64,000 nucleotides of DNA. Source: Scyliorhinus canicula. Lineage: Eukaryota. The stretch is from contig NC_052158.1 in NCBI RefSeq assembly GCF_902713615.1, forward strand, positions 35,071,990-35,135,989. Reading direction: 5' to 3'. Under the pieces are notes generated by a model. The model did no database searches, had not been told where the DNA came from, and was given only the letters and a program-made list of their open reading frames with translations. Positions 46,701 through 58,471 of this stretch are shown here, piece by piece; within the stretch, counting starts at the first letter, position 1; every line of letters starts with the position of its first letter. The position numbers were made by a program, and so were the translations under genes.

Positions 46701-49700
46701 GGGGGCTGGGGCGAGGTGCCTGGGGGGCGGGGGCTGGGCGGGTGTCCGGGAGGCTGGGCGAGTGCTTGCGGGTGGGGGCTGGGCGAGTGCCTGGGGGCTG
46801 GGGGGCTGGGCGAGTGCCTGGGGCGGGGGGCTGGGCGAGTGCCTGGGGGCGGGGCGGTTGGCTGGGCGGGTGCCTGGGGGCGGGGGCTGGGCGGATGCCT
46901 GCGGGCGGGGTCTGGGCGAGTGCCTGGGGGCGGGTTCGGGGCGGGGGTGCCTGGGGCCGGGGGCTTGGTCGGGGGCTGGGCGGAGTGCCTGGGGTGAAGA
47001 GGCTGGGCGGGGCCTGGGGAAGAAGAGGCTGGGCGAGTGCCTGGGGAAGCTGGACGAGTGTCCGGGGCTGGGCGGGTTCCTGGGGGAAGAGGCTGGGCGG
47101 GTGCCTGGGGGCGGGGGATGGGCTGTCAGGGGGCTGGCGAGGGCCTAGGGGTTGGGGGCTGGGCAGGTGCCAGATGGGTGTCTGGGGGCGGGGCTGGCGG
47201 TTGCCTGGAGGCGGGGGCTGGCGAGTGACTGGGGGGGGCTGGGCGGGTGACTGGGGGCAGGGGCTGGGCGGGTGACTGGGGGAAGGGGCTGGGCGGGTGA
47301 CTGGGGGAAGGGGCTGGGCGGGTGACTGGGGGAAGGGGCTGGGCGGGTGACTGGGGGAAGGGGCTGGGCGGGTGACTGGGGGAAGGGGCTGGGCGGGTGA
47401 CTGGGGGAAGGGGCTGGGCGGGTGCCTGGGGGAAGGGGCTGGGCGGGTGACTGGGGGAAGGGGCTGGGCGGGTGCCTGGGGGAAGGGGCTGGGTGGGTGA
47501 CTGGGGGAAGGGGCTGGGCGGGTGACTGGGGGAAGGGCTGGCGGGTGACTGGGGAAGGGCTGGGCGGGTGCTGGGGGAAGGGGCTGGGCGGGTGACTGGG
47601 GGAAGGGCTGGGCGGGTTCTGGGGGGAAGGGGCTGGGCGGGTGACTGGGGGAAGGGGCTGGGCGGGTGACTGGGGGAAGGGGCTGGCGGTGACTGGGGAA
47701 AGGCTGTCGGGTGACTGGGGGAAGGGGCTGGGCGGGTGACTGGGGAAGGGGCTGGGCGGTGACTGGGGGAAGGGGCTGGGCGGGTGACTGGGGGAAGGGG
47801 CTGGGCGGACTGTGGGGGGAAGGGCTGGGCGGGTGACTGGGGAAGGGGCTGGCGGGTGACTGGGGAAGGGCTGGGCGCTGACTGGGGAAGGGGCTGGCGG
47901 CTGACTGGGGAAGGGGCTGGGCGGCTGACTGGGGGAAGGGGCTGGGCGGCTGACTGGGGGAAGGGGCTGGGCGGGTGACTGGGGGAAGGGGCTGGGCGGC
48001 TGACTGGGGGAAGGGGCTGGGCGGCTGACTGGGGGAAGGGGCTGGGCGGCTGACTGGGGGAAGGGGCTGGGCGGCTGACTGGGGGAAGGGGCTGGGCGGG
48101 TGACTGGGGGGGGGCTGGTCGGTGGTGACTGTGGAAGGGGCTGGGCGAGTGCCTGGGGGCGGGGGCTGGCGGGTGCCTGGGGTCGGGGCTGGCGAGTGCC
48201 TAGGAGCGGGGCTGGGCGGGTGCCTGGGGGCCGGGGCTGGGTGAGTCCCTGGGGGTGAGGGAGCGGGCAAGTGCCAGACGGGTGTCTGGGGGCGGGGTCT
48301 GGGGGCTGGGGCTGGGTGGGTGCCTGCGGGCGGGGGCTGGTCGAGTGCCTGGAGGGGGGGCTGGCCGGGGCGGGGGGGGCTGGCGAGTGCCTGGGGGCGG
48401 GGGCTGGGCGAGTGCCTGGGGCGGGGGGCTGGGCGAGTGCCTGGGGGCGGGGGGGCTGGGCGAGTGCCTGGGGGCGGGGGAGCTGGGCGAGTGCCTGGGG
48501 GCGGGGGGCTGGGCGAGTGCCTGGGGGCGGGGGGGCTGGGCGGAGTGCCTGGGGGCGGGGGGGCTGGGCGAGTGCCTGGGGGCGGGGGGGCTGGGCGAGT
48601 GCCTGAGGGCGGGGGGGCTGGGCGAGTGCCTGGGGGCGGGTGGCTGGGCGAGTGCCTGGGGGCTGGGCGAGTGCCTGAGGGCGGGCGAGTGCCTGGGGGT
48701 GGAGGCGGGCGAGTGCCTGGGGACGGGCGAGTGCCTGGGGGTGGAGGCGGGCGAGTGCCTGGGGGCGGGCGAGTGCCTGGGGTTAAGGCGGGCGAGTGCC
48801 TGGGGGTGGAGGCGGGCGAGTGCCTGGGGGCGGGCGAGTGCCTGGGGGTGGAGGCGGGCGAGTGCCTGGGGGTGGAGGCGGGCGAGTGCCGGGGGGTGGA
48901 GGCGGGCGAGTGCCTGGGGGTGGAGGCGGGCGAGTGCCTGGGGGTGGAGGCGGGCGAGTGCCTGGGGGTGGAGGCGGGCGAGTGCCTGGGGGCGGAGGCG
49001 GGCGAGTGCCTGGGGGCGGAGGCGGGCGAGTGCCTGGGGGCGGGCGAGTGCCTGGGGGTGGAGGCGGGCGAGTGCCTGGGGGTGGGCGAGTGCCTGGGGG
49101 TGGGCGAGTGCCTGGGGGTGGAGGCGGGCGAGTGCCTGGGGGCAGGCGAGTGCCGGGGGGTGGAGGCGGGCGAGTGCCTGGGGGTGGAGGCGGGCGAGTG
49201 CCTGGGGGCGGGCGAGTGCCGGGTGGTGGAGGCGGGCGAGTGCCTGGGGGTGGAGGCGGGGCGAGTTCCTGGGGGTGGAGGCGGGCGAGTGCCGGGGGTG
49301 GAGGCGGGCGAGTGCCGGGGGCGGAGGCGGGCGAGTGCCGGGGGGTGGAGGCGGGCGAGTGCCGGATGGTGGAGGCGGGCGAGTGCCTGGGGGTGGAGGC
49401 GGGCGAGTGCCTGGGGGTGGAGGCGGGTGAGTGCCTGGGGGTGGAGGCGGGCGAGTTACTGGAGGCGGGGCTGGGCTGGGCGGGTGCCTGGGGCCGGCCG
49501 GGGGTGGGAGAGCGGCCGGGGGTGGGAGAGCGGCCGGGGGTGGGAGAGCGGCCGGGTGGGGGTTGGGAGAGCGGCCGGGTGGGGGTTGGGAGAGCGGCCG
49601 GGGGGGGGTGGTGGGAGAGCGGCCCGGGGAGGGGGGGGGTGGGAGAGCGGCCGGGGGTGGGGGTGGGAGAGCGGCCGGGGGGGGGGGGGGGGTGGGAGAG

Positions 49701-49865
49701 CGGCCGGGGGGGGGGGTGGGGTTGGGAGAGCGGCCGGGGGGGGGGGTTGGGAGAGCGGCCGGGGGGGGGGGGGGGGGTGGGAGTGCGGCCGGGGGTGGGG
49801 GTGGGAGTGTGGCCGGGGATGGGGGTGTGGCCGGGGGTGGGGGTGTGGCCAGGGGTGGGGGGAGG
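40714..49865. repeat. ~9.1 kb compound G-rich satellite (18-31 bp units around GGGCGAGTGCCTGGGG) in intron 1 of TRIM gene A
   Basis: Directly visible tandem units: 31-bp GGGCGAGTGCCTGGGAGCGGGGCGAGGGGCT, 25-bp GGGCGGGTGACTGGGGGAAGGGGCT, 24-bp GGGCGAGTGCCTGGGGGTGGAGGC, 18-bp GGGAGAGCGGCCGGGGGT. Confidence 0.97.
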
Positions 49866-49950
49866 GCAGGATCGCAGGCTCATTTATCCTCCCGTCGCTT
49901 CCCCAATTTGCGCCAGTCGGCCCAGTTGTTTACGCGGAGTTTCCGGGTAC

Positions 49951-50340
49951 CTTATAGATTTGGGTGGCCTCTCGTACAGGGCTGGCCTGGTGCTCACGGT
50001 GTGTTGGGCTGTCTCGGCACTGCACGCAGATCAACAGCCGGTCGGTGTCACAAAACAACTTGAGCCGCAGGCCATGTTGCTGGCAGTACAGGCCGGCCAA
50101 CGAGCGCGCCTCCTCGCTTATAACCTGCACCACCTGGTTGGAGCGGAGGGGCCCCTGGCCGGCTGCCTCCCGGCACTCCGGGCAGCAGTGGCCCAGAGCT
50201 TGCCGCTGCCAGTACTCCTGCACGCAAGGGCGGCAGAAGTTATGGCCGCAGTGGAGGATGACCGGGTCGGTGAACACCTCCAGGCAGATGGGACAGAGCA
50301 GCTCCTCCGTGAAGCTCACGTGAGCCCAGGCTAGAGCCAT
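49951..50340 (-). CDS. TRIM gene A, coding exon 1: C3HC4 RING + B-box 2 (TRIM39/TRIM69/NF7-like class IV TRIM)
   Basis: CPICLEVFTDPVILHCGHNFCRPC..CPECR and CQQHGLRLKLFCDTDRLLICVQCRDSPTHREH. ATG at 50340 in strong context (gcaatcATGG), donor AAG|gtaccc. An upstream in-frame ATG lies at 50427. Confidence 0.95.
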
Positions 50341-50579
50341 GATTGCCCTTTTGACCCTCCCTCCCTCCCTCCCTCCCTCACCCTCTTCTTCCTCCTCCTC
50401 GTCCTCCTCCCCCTCACTAACCAACATCCAAGAGCAACAAGGCCAAACAGAGGCACTATCACCTGGAACCTCTTTAAATGACCCAAATCAATCAGAGGCC
50501 ATATTGATTGACTCCTAATTGAATCTCTCAGCCAATCCCCTTGCCTGTCCTTTGATGATCACCTGACCATTTCCTCAAG

Positions 50580-50650
50580 CTCTGGTGACGATTCACTGGC
50601 AGCCTGAGGCCAAGGGCGGGTCTCTCAACTTTGATTGGTCCGTCAGAGGT
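50580..50650 (-). promoter_or_regulatory. Possible proximal promoter elements of TRIM gene A (CCAAT box, GC box, TGACG half-sites)
   Basis: ATTGG at 50634-50638 (CCAAT on the coding strand), GGGCGG at 50614-50619, and TGACG/CGTCA half-sites, about 200-300 nt upstream of the ATGs. These short motifs also occur by chance. Confidence 0.3.
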
Positions 50651-52472
50651 GACACAGGGTTGCTACGGTGAAGGTCATCCAGGCCTTTTCTCATTCTAAT
50701 TCATTCCCCTGCCTACCCCTAAATGTCATGAAGCCTCTGGCCTACAACCGAAGAACAATTTTGAAGGGACAGGTCCAAGTACCCCTGGTAACCCTGGCTG
50801 CGAGAACTCCAGCAGCACCCCCATCCTGTGTCTTCCTGATGGGACGTCAGAACCTGAGGACCCCAAGTTGCCTTCTCAGGTGCTCATCAAAGTTGCTGAC
50901 AGCCGCAACTGGAATGGATTATCAGAGGACGTTCCCTATTGTGGGAGAGTCTAGGACCAGAGGGCATCAGTTCAGGGTAAGCTGTCGCCTATTGAAGACA
51001 GAGATGAGGAGGAATTTCTTCTTTTGATCTGTAAGGGAATCAAGGGTTATGGGGTAAGTCTGGAATTTTCTGCCTGAATGTGTCGCTCGCAAGGTCCCTT
51101 TAAGATGCTTCTGAGAACCAACCTCTTTGACGTAGCCTCTGATCACCTGGCCTAATATTTCCCTGCATGAGTTGGCGTCAGTTTCTTGTCTCATTTGAAG
51201 CTCTTGTGAAGCACCTTGGGACAGTTGACTCCATTAAAGGCGCTATCTAAATGCACCTTGTTGCTGTTGCTCGGCTGTTCATTCCGGCTCTTTCACCCGT
51301 CTGAGCAGTGCGTTCAATCAAGATGAACCAGAGAATGTCACTGTAAGAAGATGGGGGAGTGGCAGGGTGGGGGGATGGAGCGTGCTAACCTGGGGGGAGG
51401 GGTACTCCCCTGCCTTACACTGCTACGGACAGTGATCCCCTCACTGGTGTGCAGTTCCAGGGCTACTGCCATACCCCGATTTGTCCATTGAGCAGCTGCT
51501 ATCCAACCATGGGGTGCATCATGGCAGATTCAAATCCTCAGAATTCTAGGGTTTCTCTGCTGTTGGGGGTATGGGAGTGAGGTGAGGCAGGGAGGGGAGT
51601 GGTTGGTTGGGAGGTGGCAGGGTGGGAGGGGGAGTATAGAAGAAGGAGACACAACCTGAAAATCAGAGCAGGAGAATGGTTCGGAAAGATCTGACACGAA
51701 GGGCGATTGAACTGTGCGACTCCTCCCAACATGCCCCCACCACAAAAAAGAGCAGCTCGCTCGATGAAGACTGTTAAATCTGAGAGAGGAGCATTTTGCA
51801 TTTTTGTGGCTGTCAAAAGATTTGGAACGAAGGTGGGTGGATGGAGTTAAGAGAGAGCAGCCATTCGATTCGATGGTGGGATAGGTTGGAGGGGCTGAAC
51901 AGCCATCTCTTGCTAGATAATTTTGTTCTGGTGAGGGGGGGTGAGGTGTTGCAACTCAGTGTGATTGAAGCTGAATGTGTGGGGGAGTAAGATAGTTTGG
52001 GGATAAAGACTTGGGGCGAGATGTGGAGTAAAGGGTTAACTCTAACGATAGTTACTGGGCATGTGCAAAATGAGCTCCGTCGGGGGTGGGGGAGCGGGGG
52101 CACAGGGTTTCAATTCCCCCCCCCCCCCCCCCGCACAACAGCCGAGGAAATTTAAAAATGATTAATACATCAGGAATGTAAAGCTCGACTCTGTAATGGT
52201 AGCCAATCTGGAAATCTGCCACCCTTACCAGCCTGGCCTGCAAGATTGATAACGAGAGACAGTTAGCCAGTAACGTAAAGATGGACAGTAAGAGTTTCTA
52301 AAGACAGTGTGAAAAGAGACAAATGACGGCCTAATCAGCGCCACACGCATCCTGTGAAAGAATCAACGGGGGGGGGGGGGGGAGAGAACATTCAAATAAA
52401 GCTAATTTCACTCAGGATCCACCCAGATTTTCTCTTCTTAATGAGCATGCCCATTCAGTCTTGTCTCATCTG

Positions 52473-52695
52473 GGCAGCATGGTGACGCAGTGGTTAGCCC
52501 TGCTGCCACACGTCGCTGAGGTCCCAGGTTCCATCCTGGCTCTGGGTCACTGTCCATTTGGAGTTTGCACATCTCCCTTGTGTTAGCGTGGGTTTCACCT
52601 CCACAACCCAAAGATGTGCAGGGTAGGTGGATTGGCCATGTTAAATTGACCCCGAATTGGAAAACATGAATTGGGTACTCTAAATTTATTTTTAA
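52473..52695 (+). mobile_element. Short A-tailed HE1-head SINE
   Basis: Flanked by the direct repeat CTTGTCTCA(T/C)CT. Confidence 0.85.
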
Positions 52696-53514
52696 AAAAG
52701 AGACTTGTCTCACCTCCTGTGAATCAGTGGAATGTAAATACATGCTTTTCGACAAAGTCCATTGCCTCTTGCAGGATTTCTTCTGGAGTAAGAAGCTCAC
52801 GTATTCCGAGATCAAACCACAAAAACAGTGTAAGTTTCGGAGGATGAAGGCCATCCTAATGATATCATCGCCCTGGAGGCGATGCCCATGGAACAAGGTG
52901 AGATTTGAGGATGCTCCAACCACACTGCAATGCCGACCATTTTGAAATAATAACTGATTCAATGTAGACTACAAAAGCAGCCTAAATTTTGATAAAGCAG
53001 CTTCAGCTGGAGTCTTGTGTCAGCTTTGGGCACCACACATTAGGAAAGTGGGGAGGTCTTTGAAGACGGCGGAGAGATTTACTATAACTTTTTTTAAATG
53101 TATTTGTTTGTGCGATGTGGGTATCTCTAGCTAGGCCAACCCTTATCGCCCATCCTTTATTTGCCTTGGGAAGGCCTTCTCGAACCGCTGCAGTCCACAG
53201 AGCTGAGAGGGAGGGATTTCCAGGATTTTGACCCAGCGACAGTGAAGGAACGGCTGATTATATTTCCAAGTCAGGATGATGAATTGAACCCGAGTCCTGG
53301 TGCTGTTAACCACTGTGCCACCCATTTGGAGGGAACATCCAGGTTGTGGTGTTCCCTTGCACCTGCCACTCTTGCCCTTCTCGATGGTAGCAGTTGTGGG
53401 TTTGGAAGGTGCTGTCTAAGGAACCTTGGTGAGTTCCTGCAGTGCAACTTATAGATGGTACACACGGCTGTCACTGTTCATTGGTGGTGGAGGGAGTGAA
53501 TGTTTGTGGAAGGG

Positions 53515-53860
53515 GTGCACGGTAGCATTGTGAATAGCACAACTGCTTCACAGCTCCAGGGTCCCAGGTTCGATTTCGGCTTGGGTCACTGTCTGTGCGG
53601 AGTCAGCACATCCTCCCCGTGTGTGCGTGGGTTTCCTCCGGGTGCTCCGGTTTACTCCCACAGTCCAAAGATGTGCAGGTTAGGTGGATTGGCTGTGATA
53701 AATTGCCCTTAGTGTCCAAAATTGCCCTTAGTGTTGGGTGGGGTTACTGGGTTATGGGGATAGGGTGGAGGTGTTGACCTTGGGTAGGGTGCTCTTTCCA
53801 AGAGCCAGTGCAGACTCGATGGGCCGAATGGCCTCCTTCTGCACTGTAAATTCTATGATC
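53515..53860 (+). mobile_element. HE1-type SINE nested in a LINE fragment
   Basis: Splits the 53110-54120 LINE fragment; another copy at 54212-54525. Confidence 0.88.
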
Positions 53861-56673
53861 TATGACCAATCATGCCTTGGCTACTTTGTCCTGGATGGTG
53901 TTGAGTTTCTTGAGTGTTGTTGGAGCTGCACTCATTCAGGCATGTCAGGAGCATTCCATTACACTCCTGACGTGCCCTATAGATGGTGGACAGGCTTTGG
54001 GGAGTCAGGAGGTGAGTTACTCACTGCAGGATTCCTACCCTCTGACTTGCTCTGGCAGCTAAGTATTTATATAGTTGGTTCAGTTCAGTTTCTGGTCAAC
54101 GGTAACGTCCAGGATGTTGAAAATTGAAGACAATGGACAACACAGAGAGGGGAAGATGGGAGAATCTGTTTGTTTGCACCGTGAGCTTTTGTGATCTGGA
54201 ATATGCATATGGACAGCACGGTAGCACAAGTGAAAAGCACTGCGGCTTCACAGCGCCAAGTACGATTCCCCGCTGGGGCACTGTCTGTGCGGAGTCTGCA
54301 CGTTCTCCCCGTGTCTGCGTGGATTTCCTCCGGGTGCTCCGGTTTCCTCCCAGCAGTCCAAAGATGTGCAGGTTAGGTGGATTGGCCATGCTAAATTGCC
54401 CTTAGTGACCAAAACAATTAGGAGGGGGTCATTGGGTTACGGGGATAGGGTAGAAGTCAGGGCTTAAGTGGGTCAGTGCAGACTCGATGGGCCAAATGGC
54501 CCCTTTCTGCATTGTATGTTCTATGCTGCCTAAAAGGGCAGTGGAAGCAGATTAACGTTCGGATGAAAATTGGATAAATCCTCAAAGCGGAAAAATGTGT
54601 GGGAAAAGATCAGGGGCGGGAGAGGGGGAATTGGGATCAAATTGGACAACTCGACAAAGAAGCAATCGGGCACAAAGTGCTCAGTGACCACTTGTTCAGT
54701 GGGCAGGGAGGCCGAATGGCCTATTCCTGCTCTTGATCTATATATGTTCATGTGGGTATGCGATACCTTGAATATAGTCATGTATCTCCGAGATGTGGGT
54801 GGGATCCTGTCATGTGCACAACAGCTGCTACGATTCTTGACCAGCGAAAAAGGTTCGGGTGTTACTCCGGCGCCTGTGAAGTGCCATGGGCTCTCCTGAG
54901 GACGTGACAGGTGCCGTAGGAATGCATGTTCCTTGTTTCCGTAACTTGGTGACAAGATCAAAGCCAGACACACACACACACACTGACTCAACCACGTTCT
55001 CGTTTAATTATCGAATTGCCATGGAAACCACAAACAAAGCGGGAAGCCAGAGTACAAAACTTTTCAGCTGTATTTTATAGAACAGATTTTAGCGGCAAAT
55101 ATGTGGTAAACATTGTCCAAACCCCAATAACCGACAACATGACCATTGATGGCTCACTTCAGATACTCTGGGTGAATATTTGAAACAGATGCGGTGAGCA
55201 GTACTCTGGTTGTGGCACAGCCAGTGTTTTGTACAGTTTGAGCTGCTCTCGTATCGTCTGCCTTAGATGATAATCTTTATTGTCGCAAGTAGGCTTACAT
55301 TAACACTGCAATGAAGTTACTGTGAAAAGCCCCGAGTCGCCACACTCCGGCGCCTGTTCGGATACACATGGAGAATTTAGAATTTCCGATTCACCTAACA
55401 GCACGTCTTTCGGGACTTGAGGGAGGGAAACCGGAGCACCCGGAGGAAACCCACACAGACACAGTGAGAACGTGCAGACTCCGCACAGACGGTGACCCAA
55501 GCCGGGAATCGAACCTGGGACCCTGGAGCTGTGAAGCAACAGGGCTAACCACTGTGCTACTGTGATCGAGGAAGGTATCCCACAATCCTTCTTAACCAAG
55601 GAACTAAAAGCAGGATACTGCAGCTGCTGGAGATCTGAAATAAACAGACAGAAAATGTTGGCAAAGCTCAGTGGGTCAGGCAGTGTGTGTGGAGAGAGAG
55701 CGAGAGACAGAGAGAGAGAAAACAGAGTTAACATTTCCAGTCCCATATGACTTGAGTTCTGAAGAAGAGACACATTAAACTTGTATCAGACTGGAAACTT
55801 TAACTCCGTTTCCTTCTCTCTCCACAGACGCTGCCTGACCGACTGAGTTTTTCCAGCATTTTCCGTTTTCTATTCCTTGAGCATCTTATCTAGGTGCCGA
55901 GATACCTTTGTGGATCTGCAGACACTCGCTCCATCTGTACTTCTCAGTCATCCGCCATTCCGAACCTGCAGCTATTCCTTTTCCGGATTGTGTGTATCCA
56001 GTTCACCTTGGCCTACGATTGTCCCCTGATGAATGAGGAGCCGCCCAGGTGAATGGCTATCCCTCGACCGGCATCTCCAGCACACACAAAAAACCTCCCA
56101 CGGGTTATCTGGTCATGACTCCATTGCTGATTATGGATTTGTGCTGTGCACAAGTTGTGATGGGTGTCCCCTATACCTCGCCACAGGGACTACACTTCGA
56201 GGAAGGATTTCATTGACTGGGAAAGCGCTTTGGAATGTCACGGGCTCTGAATCAATGTAATTTCTTTTTCAACCAACGTCGCTGAAGCAAAGGTTGACGC
56301 TCATGTTGGTGTCTGTGGGATCTTGCTGTGCACAAATTGACAGCAGGGTTTCCTAGCTGACAACAATGACTGCACTTCAGCAAAGGATTGTCGCTTTTTG
56401 GGAAAGCACTTGGGGGCATCGCGTCTACGAAATTCTTCAACCCAACATCACTCTCAAAACACAAACGCACGCGTGGGTTGCTGTTTGTGGGATCTTCCTG
56501 TGTAGAAATTGGCCGCCCTTTTTCCCCACATTGCGACAGCAATGCATTGCATTGACACTTAGGGGATAGTCTGAGAAGTTGAAGGGTGTGGTGCACCAGC
56601 AGATCCTTTCTTGCCCATTGGATGACCCCTCAGCAACCCTTTGAGGCCAAATGTGCGTCAAGTCGGCCCAGGT

Positions 56674-57218
56674 CTATAGCTTGAGCTGATGGATGGTGAC
56701 CGGGGCCGAATTCCTCCGCCCGTCCCTCAGCCCTGGACTGAAGAACGGATAAAGCTTCTCGGCAAAAGTGGCGGCGAACGTGTACAGATGGGACATCCGG
56801 TCTGCGTCGTAGAAGGACACCTGGCCCCGCTCGTGGTCCAGGTAAACACCGACTTTGCCAGGGTGGGATGCCAGGGCCAGCCGGGTGGGGGGCGAGGTCA
56901 GGGCCCGGTAGTTGCTGCCGTTCCTCAGCCACATGGCCCAGTAGCCGTCTTGCGGCGATAGAGTGATGTCCCCCTTCCGCTGGGCCGACTCCCTCGCCAC
57001 GCCGACCACCCACTCTGTCTTGCTCCGCACCTCCACCTCCCAGTAATGCTTGCCTGCCTCGAATCCCTGGCAGGCCAGGACGCAGGGTGAGGAATCAAAT
57101 CTGCGAGGATCGTCGGAGACCTCCTGCCACGTTTCATTGACCCCGACGCTGGTCATGTCCTCCAGCAGGACAAGCCAGGGGTTGGCGGTGTTCGGGTCAA
57201 GGGTCAGGGGTGCGGGGA
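56674..57218 (-). CDS. TRIM gene B, terminal PRY-SPRY exon
   Basis: VPAPLTLDPNTANPWLVLLED..GKHYWEVEV..WVVGVARES..VGVYLDHERGQVSFYDA..LYPFFSP, TAG at 56674. Acceptor ttgccacag, 545 nt like gene A. Confidence 0.95.
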
Positions 57219-57864
57219 CTGTGGCAAAGAAGAGAGGAAGCCTGTTAAGCCTATTGGAGAGCCTCGAGGAGCAGGAGGACGCAATTCGGCCCCTTGGACC
57301 TCCTCCATTATACCAACCATTGAATTCCACCTGACCTTGACTACGTAACCGAAGGCCAAACATAACCATCAACATTCACTTTAGAGTTTCTCTATTTACA
57401 CCTACTGCCTCTTTGAGCGTGAGAGTTCAAGTTAGACTAATTCTAACCTCTGCATAAGTTTAAGCGTTCCCTGGGATGATGTATTTTAGGGTTGAATCAA
57501 CTCAATAGAATAAAGGAAACAAACTCGGAGATAAATTTAAAGGGGCCGCTCCTGGTAGGGGCACTGACCAAAAATAACAAAGAGCATCTTATCAAACAGC
57601 AAATCAAAATGTGATAAGAGGGGTCGATAAAGCAATCCGTTTCCTGGGATGACCCCAGGGCAACACAGCTTTAATCTTCTGCCGATAAATTGAAACCGGT
57701 TTGGGAAATTTAATTCCCAGGAATTGTCCGACCGGTATGGCAGACTTGAGGGCTTCAGTATCGATGAGTGTGGAGTTAAAGGTATTAATCAACTCGGTAG
57801 TACTTTATCTCCGATTGTCGGTGGCTGCATCATTTTTTTTCTCTCCACTGGTTGAATCGTTTAC

Positions 57865-57980
57865 CTGGGATTATGATGTTCCTCATCTCCTTCCACACCC
57901 GGTACTGGAGAGGCCCTTTAAATAGGCCCATGCACGGCTTGGCGGACAGCACGGAAGGGAGTTTAATCTCCTCATTGGGC
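57865..57980 (-). CDS. TRIM gene B, 116-nt linker exon (..GLFKGPLQYRVWKEMRNIIIP), phase 2-1
   Basis: GPLQYRVWKEM motif, acceptor gtgcccag, donor gtaaac. Confidence 0.9.
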
Positions 57981-58448
57981 CTGGGCACAGTAGAAATACA
58001 GAAGGTGAGTTATTAACTGTGGAGGGGATTAGAATCAGCCACAGCAGTGGAGCTGAGCGAGGGACGTTGGACCTCATTTTCCCTTTGTCCATGCAGGTGG
58101 TGTTGCCGAGACATGCAGCGATCTACGGGAGGCAGCGGGGAGAGGAGGTTGTGTTGATCGGGGGGAGGTGGGGTGAAGGGAGGGAGGGGGGGTGAAGGGA
58201 GGGAGGGAGGGGGGGGTGAAGGGAGGGAGGGAGGGGGGGTGAAGGGATGGAGGGAGGGGGGTGAAGGGAAGGAGGGGGGTGAAGGGAGGGGGGGGTGAAG
58301 GAAGGGAGGGAGGGGGGGTGGGAGAGTGGGGAATGTGGTCACCTCAGCAAGGGATGACTTGTCCATTGAGCTAGCCAGCAACTGCATGATGGGCCGCCTG
58401 GTATGCGGCAACGCTATTCTAAGACATGCGATGAATGCAATTACGTAC

Positions 58449-58471
58449 CTCTCCCTCAGCCAGTTGATCTC
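58449..58471 (-). CDS. TRIM gene B, 23-nt micro-exon (EINWLRE-R), phase 0-2
   Basis: Acceptor aaataaag, donor gtacgt, canonical 23-nt size, restores the frame. Confidence 0.75.

Noticed and set aside
40628-50334. Very long ORFs (1665, 1616, 1457, 1304, 924 aa etc.) suggesting giant Gly/Pro-rich proteins
   Set aside because: They are open in several frames on both strands because the satellite units contain almost no stop codons, and they lie inside a TRIM intron.
56630-57013. Alternative-frame and antisense ORFs overlapping the SPRY and RING exons (also 49964-50323, 62850-63308)
   Set aside because: Shadow ORFs expected from GC-rich coding sequence; no independent motifs or splice support.
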